This document shows, in pieces, positions 15,747 to 31,215 of a stretch of 64,000 nucleotides of DNA. A program made the position numbers and the translations under genes. The DNA comes from Eledone cirrhosa (Eukaryota), in the NCBI GenBank assembly GCA_964016885.1, contig OZ024740.1:350114001-350178000 (forward strand), in the 5' to 3' direction. The notes under the pieces were generated by a model. It was not told where the DNA came from and did not search any database. It saw only the letters and a list, made by a program, of their open reading frames with translations. Position 1 is the first letter of the stretch. Each line of letters begins with the position of its first letter.

Positions 15747-16068
15747 CAAACTCAGTTGGACAGTTAATTTTCCAAAGTGATCGCGCCAAAAATAGATTAA
15801 AAAATTGCTAATAATCGTGACGTGGCAGTGATCAAGTTAGAAAGAATGTGATTAGTTGCTTACGGCGGGTAGGGTGGTTGCTAGAAAGCGCAGCCAAATA
15901 TCGCCCAATTGCATCTCAACCCAACGGGAGATTATTAAATATAAAGATTTACATATACATAAAGTCACAGATATATATCTGGCAACCGGTCACGTTGTGG
16001 CTCAATGAAGAATTAATAAATTAAATAATCAGAGCAATATATCATAAATCATGTCCTTAGAATTATTA

Positions 16069-16264
16069 GATATATATATATGTATATGTATATATATATG
16101 TATATGTATATATATATGTATATGTATATATATATGTATATGTATATATATATGTATGTATATATATATATGTATGTATATATATATATGTATGTATATA
16201 TGTATGTATATATATATATGTATGTATATATATACATGTATGTATATATATATATATATGTATG

Positions 16265-16295
<31 letters not shown>

Positions 16296-17010
16296 GTATG
16301 TATATATATGTATATGTATATATATGTATATATATATTTATATATATGTATATATATATTTATATATGTATATATATATATTTATATGTATTTATTTATA
16401 TGTATATATGTATATATATATGTATATATATGTATACATATGAATATATATGTATATATATGTATATATATGTATATATATGTATATATATATGTATATG
16501 TATATGTATATATATATGTATATGTGTATGTATATTTATATATATATATGTATATATATATATGTATATGTATATATATATGTATATGTATATATATATG
16601 TATATGTTTATATACATGTATATGTATATATATATGTATATATGTATATGTATATATATATGTATATGTATATATATATGTATATGTATATGTATATATA
16701 TATGTATATGTATATATCTATATCTATATGTATATGTATATATATATGTATATGTATATGTATATATATATCTATATGTATATGTATATATCTATCTATA
16801 TGTATATGTATATGTATATATATATGTATATGTATATATATCTATATCAATATGTATATGTATATGTATATATGTATATATGTATATATATCTATATGTA
16901 TATGTATATGTATATATATATATATGTATATGTATATATAAATGTATATGTATATATAAATGTATATGTATATATATATATGTATGTATGTATATATATG
17001 AATGTATATA

Positions 17011-17055
<45 letters not shown>

Positions 17056-17100
17056 GTATGTATATATATATGTATATATATGTATGTATATATATATGTA

Positions 17101-17191
<91 letters not shown>
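16069..17191. repeat. ~1.1 kb compound (TA)n/(TATG)n/(TC)n microsatellite
   Basis: Direct inspection; source of the spurious YI/MY/CI ORFs. Confidence 0.97.
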
Positions 17192-17194
<3 letters not shown>

Positions 17195-17265
17195 CAAAAA
17201 AAGATGAAATCGAAAATGCAACTGGAGTCTTATTTAAAAAAATATATATATATATTTAATCGGTT

Positions 17266-17303
17266 CCTTTACCGGTTTCGCAGTTCTTCTGCTTTTCAAA
17301 AGT
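17266..17303 (-). ncRNA. Minimal HHR, U3-A8 core variant
   Basis: CTT-TTGAAAA-GCAG-AAGAA-CTGC-GAAA-CCGG-TA-AAG; a sibling copy lies at 27752-27789. Confidence 0.7.
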
Positions 17304-17564
17304 AGAGTTGAGATGGAGAGTCTGTGGTTTTTCTCACATATGTATATATATATGTGTGTGTGTATAGAAAGAAAGACAATTTATACAACCACTATCACTA
17401 ATTTCCCAACAATAGTGATTTATACAAGGTATTCATTTATGTTAATATAGATAAATAAAAGATGGTCAGGACGAAGCAAATATAAAAGGAACTCCGGGGT
17501 GAGGAGGTAACGACGGATAAGCAATAGAGACATAAAACACATACGCGTACATGTACATACTTTC

Positions 17565-17891
17565 TGTCATGGACATGCCTCAGTTTCAATGATGAGTGTT
17601 CCAGTTTTTCAATCAGACAAGGATTCTGCTTGAGAAATTACGGTGCAAGTGTCTGAGCGTTCCTCAGTCACGTGTATCCATGACATAATTTTCTGAGACT
17701 TTCAGTGTTACAGTGTGTGATAAGACTGGACTTTTAAATCACAAGTACAACTTATTTTTACCAGCCCAGTGGAACAGAACAAAGTGATATAAAGTGTCAT
17801 GTTTAAAAATGCAACGTGCTCCTCGACCCGGGAATCGATCTCACGGTTTTACATTCGCGAGCCCAATACCATAACCATTAAACCAAACAAC

Positions 17892-17895
<4 letters not shown>
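17565..17895 (-). mobile_element. Diverged tRNA-derived SINE
   Basis: Minus-strand head tggtttaatggttatgg...gagatcgattcccgg followed by a core-like gacacttta segment. Confidence 0.6.
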
Positions 17896-17979
<84 letters not shown>

Positions 17980-18226
17980 TACCATTTTCTGTGAAAAGCT
18001 TTTGCAAAAGCACTAAAAAACTGAAGTCAATGTTAAAAATTAACTTAAAATTATCTTATAGAGATCAGCAAAATATAATAATAAAAATATTAGAAATAAA
18101 TTCTCTCGGATACAATAGATAGCAATTCATCGTGCAAAAGATTTTTGGCAAAGAGGGCCCATAAATATTAGAACATTTCAAATGATATATATATATATAT
18201 ATATATATATACTTACATAAGTATAT

Positions 18227-18350
<124 letters not shown>

Positions 18351-18413
18351 GTGTAAAAGGTAAACAGAAATAACAACACAATCGGTACAGTATATGGAAG
18401 GAATATATTAGGA

Positions 18414-18446
<33 letters not shown>

Positions 18447-18515
18447 TGTATGTATGTATGTATGTATGTATGTATGTATGTATGTATGCATGTATCTATG
18501 TATGTGTATATATAA

Positions 18516-18596
<81 letters not shown>

Positions 18597-18878
18597 AGCA
18601 TATACACACTTACTTATATATGTATATTCATTCTAAAAATATAAACGAATGTATGATAATTGTTTGAACATCAAAGCAGATCTAAGCTTCCCTGAAGAAA
18701 CTGGTTGGCAATAAAATCTAATGAATCAATTTGTCTGTAATTAATATTGATGTCATTTACAGCTAGCTTAATAATATTCTTGCTGGAGAATATCAAGTTA
18801 ACAAGATCATACAAATCGGCAGTCATTATAAAACTCTAATACCAATTTTGTATGTATTTTATGCACGTATACTCGTAT

Positions 18879-18924
<46 letters not shown>

Positions 18925-19088
18925 TATGTGTGTATGTATGTATATATGCATTCCAACGACATAATGCACTTAACATTTTACTGTTTTAAATAGATTGTGT
19001 GTATATGTGTATAATATGAAATAATACATATATACGTACATACATACATACATACATATATCTATAATAGTGTGTGTGTGTATATGCA

Positions 19089-19210
<122 letters not shown>

Positions 19211-19649
19211 CGCGTGTGTGTGTATGCGTGTGTGTACTGTTGTGTGCAGAAATGAAAGACATGAGCATTCGACACCTAATGTGGATGTTGAGAGTATTTA
19301 TATTAAAAGCTATTAGTAGAGAAAAATATGTCTATCCCATCAAATGCACTGGTGGATAAGTAAAAAATGGAAAATTGGGGTCGTACTGCTAAGGGCCGGC
19401 ATTGGTTAAGTGCAGGAAAGATAAGTCTCAGTAGCGCCATTAATTTTGATTGTATCTAGCGACACCCTGTGTGCATGGGCACCTTGGCGGCGTCATTTTG
19501 ACAGGTAATTCTTGTAATCTGTGCAACTGATGATGCTGCCGTTAGGAAAATGTGATTATTGCATGTGGTTATCAACTGTTGCATTTTAAATTGGAATGCT
19601 CACTGGTTCGAGTTTACGTGAGCCATGTACAATTAAATTGGGCTTTGTG

Positions 19650-20400
19650 GGATGTTCGGGGCCAATGATTTTGAAGTTGGCTAACACAGCGCTCTCGTGG
19701 CAGCAATCATTAAGTAAATTTTTCTGTTGGAGGATATCACAGGTTGCTGCATTATATACAACCAATCTCGAAGGTAAATTTGAAAGTTGCGGTTGTGGAG
19801 CAGTATGGGAGTGCTCTGTCTAGAACGTTTCATTGGGGGCTGGGTATCGTGTGACTTTGGTCAAAGATCTTCCATACGAAACCTGAGAATGTGGTAGGGT
19901 TCTCCCTGTTACTGCTTCTAAAAGATTGTGTATGCTGGGTAAATCTACCGTTAACTAATTGACTGTTTAGGCCCGTATAGTTCCTCTGGGAGCCATCTGT
20001 TCGTGTGAAGGTCTCTCTGTAGACCACGACCTGTGAAAGACAGAATCTACTTAGAAGATGCTTGGTTGGATTTCGGCAATTGCTAGTTTGTATGTGTATG
20101 TTGTAGCTTGTAAGGGCGCGTAGTTTTTCTGTTATAACATGCGATATTTGAACCGATGCTATCAAAAGAGGAAGAGCTTAACATTGTATAAGGTGGAGAT
20201 CCTATGGTACATGTGTCAATATGGGAAGTGTTTCATAATAGCTATATTCGTCGATACGCCGAGATTAGATGGAGGATTGAACCATATTGCTTTTCTCCTA
20301 ACTCTTTTGTCATATACTCCGTCCACTTTTCTGTGAAGTTTCATCTCACTAGTGCCTTCATGTAAAGTGGTACAATGTTATTGAAGATATGTTTGTCAAA
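19650..20400 (-). pseudogene. Degraded PLE (RT-EN linker and GIY-YIG)
   Basis: RVRRKAIWFNPPSNLGVSTN..KHFP; CLSQVVVY...YTG...RFTQHTQSFR...TTFSGFVW. Confidence 0.7.
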
Positions 20401-20510
20401 CGAGAAGCTAGATTAGCTATATATACACATGTACATAATATTATAGTATTTTAATAAGCAATATGTATATGCATATATATATCTATATATTTATATGTAT
20501 AAACACACAT

Positions 20511-20549
<39 letters not shown>

Positions 20550-20589
20550 TACACACACACACATATATATATATGCAGATATATATATA

Positions 20590-20669
<80 letters not shown>

Positions 20670-20685
20670 CAGATATATATATATA

Positions 20686-20745
<60 letters not shown>

Positions 20746-20748
<3 letters not shown>

Positions 20749-20937
20749 CGAAGGAAATGTGGTAAGGAACCAGGTGGACCATAACGCACCAAAGTACTCA
20801 ATACTTACGGTAGTAGAGTGGGTAATAGGAACGAGTAGGACCCCGACGGCTGAGCTCAAGCCGTTTCGACGGCTAATTCTGAGTCCAGAATTAGCCGTCG
20901 AAACGGCTTGAGCTCAGCCTTCGGGGTCCTACTCGTT

Positions 20938-20942
<5 letters not shown>
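20746..20942. mobile_element. Short fold-back insertion in (TA)n; family also at 447-593 and 44020-44089
   Basis: Arms at 20825-20881 and 20886-20942 with one mismatch; internal agccgt-ttcg-acggct hairpin. Confidence 0.8.
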
Positions 20943-20995
<53 letters not shown>

Positions 20996-20999
<4 letters not shown>

Positions 21000-21345
21000 C
21001 TTGACCGACCAGTCTGTCGGGCGTCAATTCGGCGCCGCTGGTCACAGCACGCCGTCCATTCCTCTCTGGATCGTGCTTTCCTAATCCATGTAGTCCCAAT
21101 CATATTCCTAAAATCGTAACTCCACCTTCGTGGAGGCCTTCCGAGCGGTCGTTTCCGCTCGCGCGGGTACCACTCGGCAGCTGCGCGGGTCTACCGATTA
21201 CGGTGAACCGGGCGACGTATCCAGCACATCTGAACTTGCTGCGCTTTTATTCCATGATGACGTCCCTCACGCCAGACTTCTGTCTGATGACTTCGTTCCT
21301 GATGTGCTCTCTCAACGAGATTCCTAGCATTGATCTCTCCATGGC
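20996..21345 (-). mobile_element. RTE-clade LINE 3' fragment in (TA)n
   Basis: KFRCAGYVAR, RKRPLGRPPRRW, WIRKARSREEW. Confidence 0.75.
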
Positions 21346-21849
21346 TCTTTGAGCCGTTACCACGCACACATACACACACGCACACATACACACACGCACA
21401 CATACACACGAACACATACACACACAAATACTTATATATATGTGTGTGTATGTGTGCGTGTGTGTATCTGCATATCCATATCTACTTTACTCTCAGCAGT
21501 GTGTATTAATCGCAAGATGAATATATACATAATATATACACACAGATGGGAAAAGGAAGGCAGATAGACGATCAGAATATTTTGTAACATGAAATGTTTA
21601 TGAGTCTATGACACATACAGAATATTAGTACTATAAATGTTGATTTAATTATTTCCTAACATTATACACTTCTAGTATACATTTATATCAGACGTAAAAG
21701 AAAGTGTATATGCAGTTGGTATTTACTCTATTGAATTTATCTTACGTCCTACAGAGTTTCTTATTCACATTATATTGTTAAATTGTCTAGATATTAATAT
21801 GGCTTACATAATTCTGTTTCCTTTCAAATGACTTGTTTTGTTAAGACTG

Positions 21850-21956
<107 letters not shown>

Positions 21957-22035
21957 ACACACACACACACATATATATGTGTGTGTATAGTCATATATGT
22001 GCATGCGTAATGTTTACACGCACACACACACACAC

Positions 22036-22068
<33 letters not shown>

Positions 22069-22192
22069 AGATAAGATTTTATAATTGTATAAAATATACT
22101 ATAAGAATATATATATATAATTATAGTAATATAGTTGGTGTTTAGAATATATGGCTGTAAATTTATACAATCATAAAATATATGTGTGGGTG

Positions 22193-22265
<73 letters not shown>

Positions 22266-22647
22266 TTGAGTGTGTCTGTGTGTGTGTTTGTGTGTGTCTG
22301 TGTGTGTGTGTTTGCATGTCTCTGTGTGTGTTTGAGTGTGTCTGTGTTTGTGTGTGTGTGCGTGAATATATACACATACACATATATGACTATATTGTCT
22401 AATGTTTTTTTTAAATAATAGAGTGTGAATTGAAGAGTATCTACCTGCGAATTCTAGCACCTGAAGTGATCGCATAGGCTATGTTCCCTTTTTAGATTGC
22501 ACACTTTAAGGCTTAATCTAGAATGGACGTGATTCGAGAATATATATTTATGCAGACCTGCCAACCTCTAAAAACCCAAACAGGGAGTGCTATGAAAAAA
22601 TGTGCCCCAAAACGGGTGAAAATGAGGCAAAATGGGGAGATTTTATA

Positions 22648-22997
22648 TAATTGTTTCTACTTTAGGCACAAGGCCAGCAATTACCCAGTACATTACTGGT
22701 ACTTTATTTTATCTACCCCGTAAGGATGAAAGGTATTTGAACTCAGACTGTAAAGGGACGTAACTATGCTAGAAAGCATGGCGTCCAACCCTCTACCGAT
22801 ACTGCCAATAATTGTTTCTACTTTAGGAACAAGGCCAGCAATTACCCAGTGCATTACTGGTACTTTATTTTATCGACCTCGTAAGGATGTAAGGCAAAGT
22901 CAACCTCGGCGGGATTTGAACTCAGATCGTAAAGGGACGTAACTATGCTGGAAAGCGTGGCGTCCGACCCTCTACCGATACTGCCAATCCACCGCCC
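22648..22997 (-). mobile_element. Two tandem copies of the dominant SINE nested in a MITE
   Basis: Units at 22648-22808 (internally deleted) and 22809-22997, each with the aattgtttctactttagg end. Confidence 0.88.
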
Positions 22998-23953
22998 TAC
23001 TGCCAATAAGGAATGCTATACCCATTTTCACTAGAGAAGACATCTCTCACGCAGCCCAAAGTGTGTAGATCTCCCTGTCAGACGTGGAGAGTTGGCAGGT
23101 CTGTGTCTGCATTTACTACCACTACTGTAGTGGCTTCTGCTTGAAGCCATTGACTTGTCTCTTACCACTTCCGTTGAGGTAAGCAGGATCCCATTCTTTC
23201 CAATTACTATTCTCAGTACATACGTTGTGTCCTATCTTCAGACCGCGAACTAACCACTACAGCCAGCCCTTCGTCCACAGTACATCACTACATCACTATA
23301 CTTATACTAGACATGCCATATAGGTAAAGTATATACACCATTAATTACTGCATATGCATTTTGTAATTATGACATACACACACATACGCACAGACAAACA
23401 TACATACCGATAGACACACTCACACATATATATATGTATGTGCGTTAATATACATGTGTATATGTACTGTTCATAGGTTAATTCAAGCTTATGATTAATT
23501 AGACCAGCTATACATTTAAGGAACCGTTACACAATAAGGGGAAAATAGAATGATTATTTTTTTTTGTGTTTTACAGAAGTACTACAATTATTTTATTATT
23601 ATATTAATCTAGATAATACAACTGTATGTAAATGTTTATTTAATAGACTAAGTCTTTAAGTAATAAATCTCATAATTAATGTTATCCTAAAGCAAATCAA
23701 TTAAATTTAATTTAACCTAATTGAATGTAATTTAAGTTGTTAATAAAGCGGTCGATTTGGTAAAGTTGTTAGATCGTCGATATTTGTTTCAGCTCTTTGC
23801 TATCTGAGTTTAAATCCTGCCTTGGATCACTTTGCATTTCATTCTTTCAGGTAGAGAAACATGCAAGAGAAGGAGGGTATCTACGGATCATTGATGAGGA
23901 GTTTGCAGATCCAGTATCCAAGATACATGTTTCGCTTCATACCTGCCATTATT

Positions 23954-24092
23954 GAGTTACGTCCCTTTACGATCTGAGTTCAAATCCCGCCGAGGTTGAC
24001 TTTGCCTTTCATCCTTACGGGGTCGATAAAATAAAGTACCAGTAATGCACTGGGTAATTGCTGGCCTTGTGCCTAAAGTAGAAACAATTATT
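23954..24092 (+). mobile_element. Dominant SINE family, 5'-truncated
   Basis: gagttcaaatcccgccgaggttgactttgcctttcatccttacggggtcg... Confidence 0.88.
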
Positions 24093-24344
24093 GAAACTAC
24101 ACGTTATATACAAACCCGACGGAACCAAAGTATAATTGAGCTTGGATTTGTGAAGAAAGATCGTCGCGTTATAAGCTGAAAAATCTGTAAAAGATTCTTA
24201 CGATTCAGATGTTGTACGCTTACCCAAAAGAAGACGACAATTTCCTTTCTTTGTAACCTTGCTACCGGGAAGGTGGCCGGTCAAAATAAACTGAAAATTT
24301 AGAGAAAGAAAGAACATACATAGATACATACATACATACATACA

Positions 24345-24378
<34 letters not shown>

Positions 24379-25401
24379 ATGCTAATTCCAATAACGATAA
24401 AAAAATATATATTAAATATCTGTATTTTCGGTTTTTTCACTCAATATTCTATCAGTTTTTGGTTAAACTATATTTTTGTACCATAACTTCCAAAAGCACA
24501 ATAAAAATGACTTATATAATCGAAACCTGAAGATCATTATTCTAAATGGTGTGAATATGAAGGATAGGAAGAAAAAAAAGCCTTTTATGTCTATTGTTTA
24601 TTTTTTTCTTTCTTATAAATGTTCGTTTAAAATCACCATTTTATGGTGTATGTATGGTGTATCGTGATTAATGCTATAAATTCAATTGATACCATTAAGA
24701 CGTCAGATCATTTTACAAAAATATGCGCTATTGTGGCTTTATGGTCTATCAACACGATCGTGTCCACTGCCATCAATTGATCTGACACTTTATCTACGTC
24801 ACATCATTGTACTAAAATACACATTTACGCAGATTTCGTAAGTTATTTCATTTCAGTCAGCAACATTATGCTTGGTTCAAAATGGAATTAGCTTTATAAA
24901 TATAAATGACCCTTTGATCATTGGCTGGTCTTTGTTACAAATAAACAACACACTTATAGAAATTCTATTCATATATATTTTTTTTCATTTTTCTTCTTAA
25001 TCTAAATTGCACAATCTCATCTTTTGTGGTAAAAGCATGATAGATTTTTTTTCTGGCGGCGGTGGAGTGGGTGGATAATAAGAAATATTTTGACTTCTAA
25101 TACATTCGGTAAGAGATATAATCTGAAATCGTGTGTTTCAACAGATATTGAATCATATTTGCCATTAGTTGTAATGGACATTATATGTGTAATGGTTTCT
25201 AATTGAGGCACAAGACCAGAAATTCAGGGGGATGGGAACAATCAAATAAATCGAACCAATATTTCATTGATTGTTTATTTTATTGATCCATGGAAGAATG
25301 AAAGGCAAATTCAGCTCGGAGGAATATAAACTCATGAGCTTGAACTAATATTGCAAATTATATGTCTGACGCTCTTACGAGTCTAAGGATACACTATTTT
25401 C

Positions 25402-25462
<61 letters not shown>

Positions 25463-25468
25463 TAATGA

Positions 25469-25682
25469 ATTCTACTTTAGGCACAAGGCCAGCAATATTT
25501 GGGGTAAGGGAAAATCGATTAAATCGACCCCAGTGCATTACTGGTGCTTTATTTTATCGACCCCGTAGGGATGTAAGGGAAAGCTAATCTCAGCGGGATT
25601 TGAACTCAGGACGTAAAGGGCCGTAACTCTATGCTCCCAAGAGGTTATCTGACGCTCTATCGATACTTCCATCCACCGCCCT
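25469..25682 (-). mobile_element. Dominant SINE family, full-length, with (AAT)n tail at 25402-25466
   Basis: Head-to-tail match to the other copies; a second diverged copy lies at about 25195-25390. Confidence 0.85.
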
Positions 25683-25979
25683 TAATAGTAATAATAATAA
25701 TAATTTTTCTTGTTATTATAGCCAATAGGTGGTGGATGAGAAGATATTACAACGGTGGGTTACAAAAAGTGAGAGTTTCCATTGAAGAGAAAAATAGTGC
25801 ATAAAGTACACACATACACACACAATCTGACGAACACACACACACACGTACGTACACATACATAATGAAATAAATTGAATAATGAACAAATTTAAACTGG
25901 AGTGAAATAGCAACCAGTGCTTGTGTTTTCGATTGGCAGTATGACCCACACAAAGTACAAAATAGTATATGCATATATG

Positions 25980-26017
<38 letters not shown>

Positions 26018-26829
26018 TATATAGTTAGGGAAGCAGAAAATTGCTTATTGTGATCCAGTTCGTGGTTAAGAAAGCCAGTTTCATGGACGGTTTCAACGTA
26101 CGGTTAGGGGTAACTCCACAAGTTTGTAAGAATTCCGTTCAATCTTGGAGTATAAAGTATAAAAGAGAAAACACAGGTTAGCATTAAGAGAAGGACTATT
26201 TCAAGAGTAACTTACTCACTATTTTGAAAATTTGGACGTGAACAACAATTATCATTGAGTGGCTACTATTTGCAGTATAGCAATATAAGGTTACACTTAC
26301 CAATGAAACGGTCGTAAATACCTGGATAAAATCCTTCTCTTAATGCTTACCTGTGTTTTCTCTTTTATATATATATATAGTGAAAGAATGTACAACATGG
26401 GGCTTTATTTCAGGTATTAACAATTGTTTCATATACATAGATACTTTCATACATACATACATTCATACATACATACATGCATGCGTACACACATACATAT
26501 AAGAGTAAATAGTCTTCCATCGTTTTCAACGATGAGTCATCCAGTTGTTTGTGTAATTTATATGCAAAGGAGTGAGACATTCCATAGATACTTGTTCCCT
26601 TAACGTAATTCTCAGGGAGATTCAGCACGAGGCAGTGTGTGACAAAGCTGACCTTTTGAATTACACTTAGTTCATGTGAGGGGCTTCCAAACCGTTTCCG
26701 CCAATTCAAATTATCTCACACGGCTTGAGTTGACCCGAGGCTATGGTAAATGACATATGCCGAAAAACATAATAGAAATAAATATTCATGAAAATCTACA
26801 AACAGGAATCCCGTGAGTTGTAAGGCACA

Positions 26830-27440
<611 letters not shown>

Positions 27441-27992
27441 AACATTAATTGGAAAGGTTTGAAGTGATGATTGTATATGAATATTCGTAGAATTTGAGTA
27501 TTCTCAGAACAAAAGGTAGCCGTAAACAACTGGATACTATTTGCATAGTAAAGATTTTTTGGGGTTAAGATAAAACCACAAATCGAACGGAGAGTAGGAG
27601 AGAGAGAGAGGGAGAAAGAGAGATGAGAAAGATATATATAGAGAGAAGTGAAGAGGAGAGGAGAAAAATGGGGACTAAAACGATGGATATATATATAAGG
27701 AAAAGCAATCGAAAATGCAACTGGAGTCTTTTGAAGAATATATATTTGTTTCCTTTACCGGTTTCATAGTTCTTATGCTTTTCAAAAGTAGTATTGACAT
27801 GGAGGATTTGTGGTTTTAAAAGCATATGAACTGTGAAACAAATAAATATTCTTTAAAAGACTCCAGTTGCATTTTCGATTTCTTTTCCTTATACTTTCAC
27901 TCGTGTAGGACATCTCGTTTTTTTTTCATTTAGCCCCCCCCCCCCCCCCCCCCCCTCAAACTCCCCATTTCCTTATGTATATATATATATAT

Positions 27993-28620
27993 GAAAAGCA
28001 TGTATTGAGTTAGAAACTCAAAATAGTCTCATTACAGTAAATTAGCTCTAGGAAAAAGGTTTTTCCGAGCCGTATATAACTGAACAAAAAGGAAAAACGA
28101 ACACAGACATATATATATATATATATATATGTTCAAATCATAATGGACCAAAATCGCTAAGGGGAAAAATATAACTGAATACATGCTTTTGATATATTCG
28201 GCTCCGTTTATTCGTAGAGCTATTTCAAATGTCGTGTAGACCCGGCTGCTATTTTTAGTGGCGCAAGTCTGCGCGACACGCTAAGTTCGGGAACCATGTG
28301 CGTTATATATATACACACTTTCCAGTTTTCTATTTGATTTAGAAGTGAGGAGGATACTAATTTCTTCACCCACTGATGAGCCTAGAATTTGGTATATCTC
28401 TTCACAAATAATATTGCGAAACGGTTCTATCAAAGGCCGTATGGGTGATGGTAGTTACCACAATACTGGTTCGTATTTATTTTTCTTAATTTATTCTTAA
28501 ATTGAGTCTAGCAAACCCTATTGTCTGTAGTTAGTATATGTTTCACCGTAGCGGTTTTGGTCCATTACGATTTGAACACATATATATATATGTCTATGTT
28601 CGTTTTTCCTTTTTGTTCGG

Positions 28621-28625
<5 letters not shown>
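27993..28625. mobile_element. HHR-bearing fold-back (family B)
   Basis: About 28070-28176 is the reverse complement of about 28530-28628; homologous to 49838-50547. Confidence 0.8.
28366..28448 (+). ncRNA. Type-I hammerhead ribozyme
   Basis: TCACCCA-CTGATGA-GC...GC-GAAA-CGGTT..GGCCG-TA-TGGGTGA; 7-bp stem I; predicted cleavage after 28441. Confidence 0.85.
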
Positions 28626-28672
<47 letters not shown>

Positions 28673-28819
28673 ATATATGTGTGTGTGTGTGTGTGAGTGT
28701 TGAAGTTTTCGTTGAAAAAGCCAGAGGAATGAAGAGTGCTCTATGTAAGTTACAGAGCTAAATATTTAATGTATAATAAACAATAAACAAATAAACATTA
28801 CAATATATATATATATACA

Positions 28820-28857
<38 letters not shown>

Positions 28858-29135
28858 CCACTACGCTTTTTACACACACGCACGCATATCTCCATATTCA
28901 CATACATACATACACACATGCCACTCTCACCCACCAATCTCTGTTCTGTCAGCACCACTTCTTCCTCTTCCTCTCACAGATTTCCCTGCTATCATCACAT
29001 TCTCCACCCTCTCCACCAATTCTGTTTTTATTTATTTTGATTTTTATGTTTATTTCTATTTCTATTTTTCACGCCCTTTCGTGTTCCTCTTGTTAACTCC
29101 CCTCCTTATTCCCTTCGGTGTTCTTCCCTACTTTC

Positions 29136-29163
29136 CTGATGAAGGACTTATGTCCGAAACGTC
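29136..29163 (+). ncRNA. HHR core (stem I decayed)
   Basis: CTGATGA-A-GGAC-TTAT-GTCC-GAAA-CG-TC. Confidence 0.6.
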
Positions 29164-29245
29164 ATAACGTCCCCCACTCTCACCAAGTGTGAAGCTAATG
29201 ACACTATATACCATTGAATCCTGCGTTTGTTTGTTTGTCGTTTTG

Positions 29246-29296
<51 letters not shown>

Positions 29297-31184
29297 CGTT
29301 TATATGTATATATATATGGGGGCGTATATATATATACACATATACCACTAGTTTCTTTATTCATTTGAATTCAATGGAAACTGCCTCAATAATTTGTAAT
29401 TTGTCGTTGTAGTCTTCTCTCATCCGCCGACATTGTGTCAACAATAACAAGTATGATTGGACCCAGAACCCTATGATTCTGAGGCGATCTTTTTCATCAT
29501 TCGATCATGTCGTGTCCATATATACAAAATAAATGCGTCAATACTACTAGATACAATGACGTATTTACGCCAAGAAATATATGCATATAAAAAAAACATT
29601 TAGTTGCGTAAAAAATATAAATCCCCTAATGATTTCTCTACCGTTGACGAAAGAAAAAAATATATAGAGAGAGAGCTAGCTAGATAGAGAGAGATAAGGA
29701 GAAAGAGAGAGGAAGAAAGAAAGGAGTGAGAGAGAGAGAGAGAGAGAATGTGTGAAATAATACAAGTACATTTGAAGTATATCTCTATCCAAAGACACTT
29801 TATATCAATCGCACGCTCCTACTCACCTCACCTGCTTTTAACTCATATCTGCCTCGGCCCACTCACCTTCCCCAAACACACACAATAGACATTCGCACGC
29901 GCACACATGCACACATATAGAGACGGAGGGACAGGGCGAGAGAGAGAGTAAAAGTGTGAGAAAGCGAGAAAATGGGCCTCTTCTTATCAGATCCTGTACC
30001 TATTTGTTTGTTTTATACATTTCATTAGACCGGAATATTGTTATCACTATCGAATCTTAAGAGAGACGTTTGCACAGCTCGTCAGCGAGAAATCTGTTGA
30101 TTAGTTGGCACTCATCATACTCCTTACTGACAGCACTCGAGACAATATATTTCAACAAGTTTGCACTCTTTGCCAGATGAAATTAATCTTTATTAACATA
30201 GAGCAAATAATGTTTCGTTTGTTTGTTTACTTATTTGTTCATTTGTTCACTTCCTCATTTCTTTCTCGCTTTCTCTTCACACACACGCACGCACACGCAC
30301 ACACACACACATACAAACATTCACACACATACATACAAACATTCACACACACACACATACACACACATTCACACACACGCACATATATATGTTATCATTG
30401 AGCAGTACTCTAGGAGGTAAGGTCGAAATAATTGCGATGGCTTCTATGTTTGAGCATTGTATCGTTCTAAAACCCCATTATATTTCACTCCCGATACCAT
30501 GATTTGATCAGTTGATTTGCTTTGATTAGTCGAGCGAGGTGCTGCTGTCTTTAGCATCCTCTTGCCAATTCTGCAAATTCTTTAGCAGTTCTAGTCGAAC
30601 ACAGACGTGTCGCCAGTTTAGCTTCCCCTACATGAGGAGAGTTTTGTTGTTGCTATTATTAGGACCTTCCTGTTGATGAGATGCTAGTCCTGATTTGCTG
30701 ATTATCAATTTCTAATTCTTGTAATAAGCAAATATTTTTTCACGAGTCGAAACCATTATGATCCAGATGCTGAAATGTAAGTTTTTAAAAGCTTTTTCTG
30801 GTTAAATTGCTAAAATTCTTAGATTTCTATTATTGTTATCAACCTAATATGTTATATTCGGATATTGCCTCCCTATGAACATATTACATTGAGTTTTCTT
30901 TGAAGCAAGTTCATTTCGCACTTGTTATCAGTAAGCAGTTGTGCAAGAAGCAAGGTCGGAATTATTGCAATGGCTTCTGTGTTCAGAGCATTGATGCCAT
31001 CTAAATCCTCATTATATATACACATGTACGGGAATATATATGTACGGAAATCATTCCGTCATTACGGTGAACTTTTCATTCCAGAGTCGGGCCCGATCAA
31101 CACAAATCAAACGTTGTACTGATCAATCGCGAAACGCGCGTCACACCTCAATAAATGTAATGAAAATTTGACACCTTGTCCATT

Positions 31185-31214
<30 letters not shown>

Positions 31215-31215
<1 letters not shown>

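Noticed and set aside
16049-17305. Long ORFs (375 aa, 347 aa) and the many YI/CV/HT/ER ORFs across the window
   Set aside because: They are translations of stop-free microsatellites with no coding signal.
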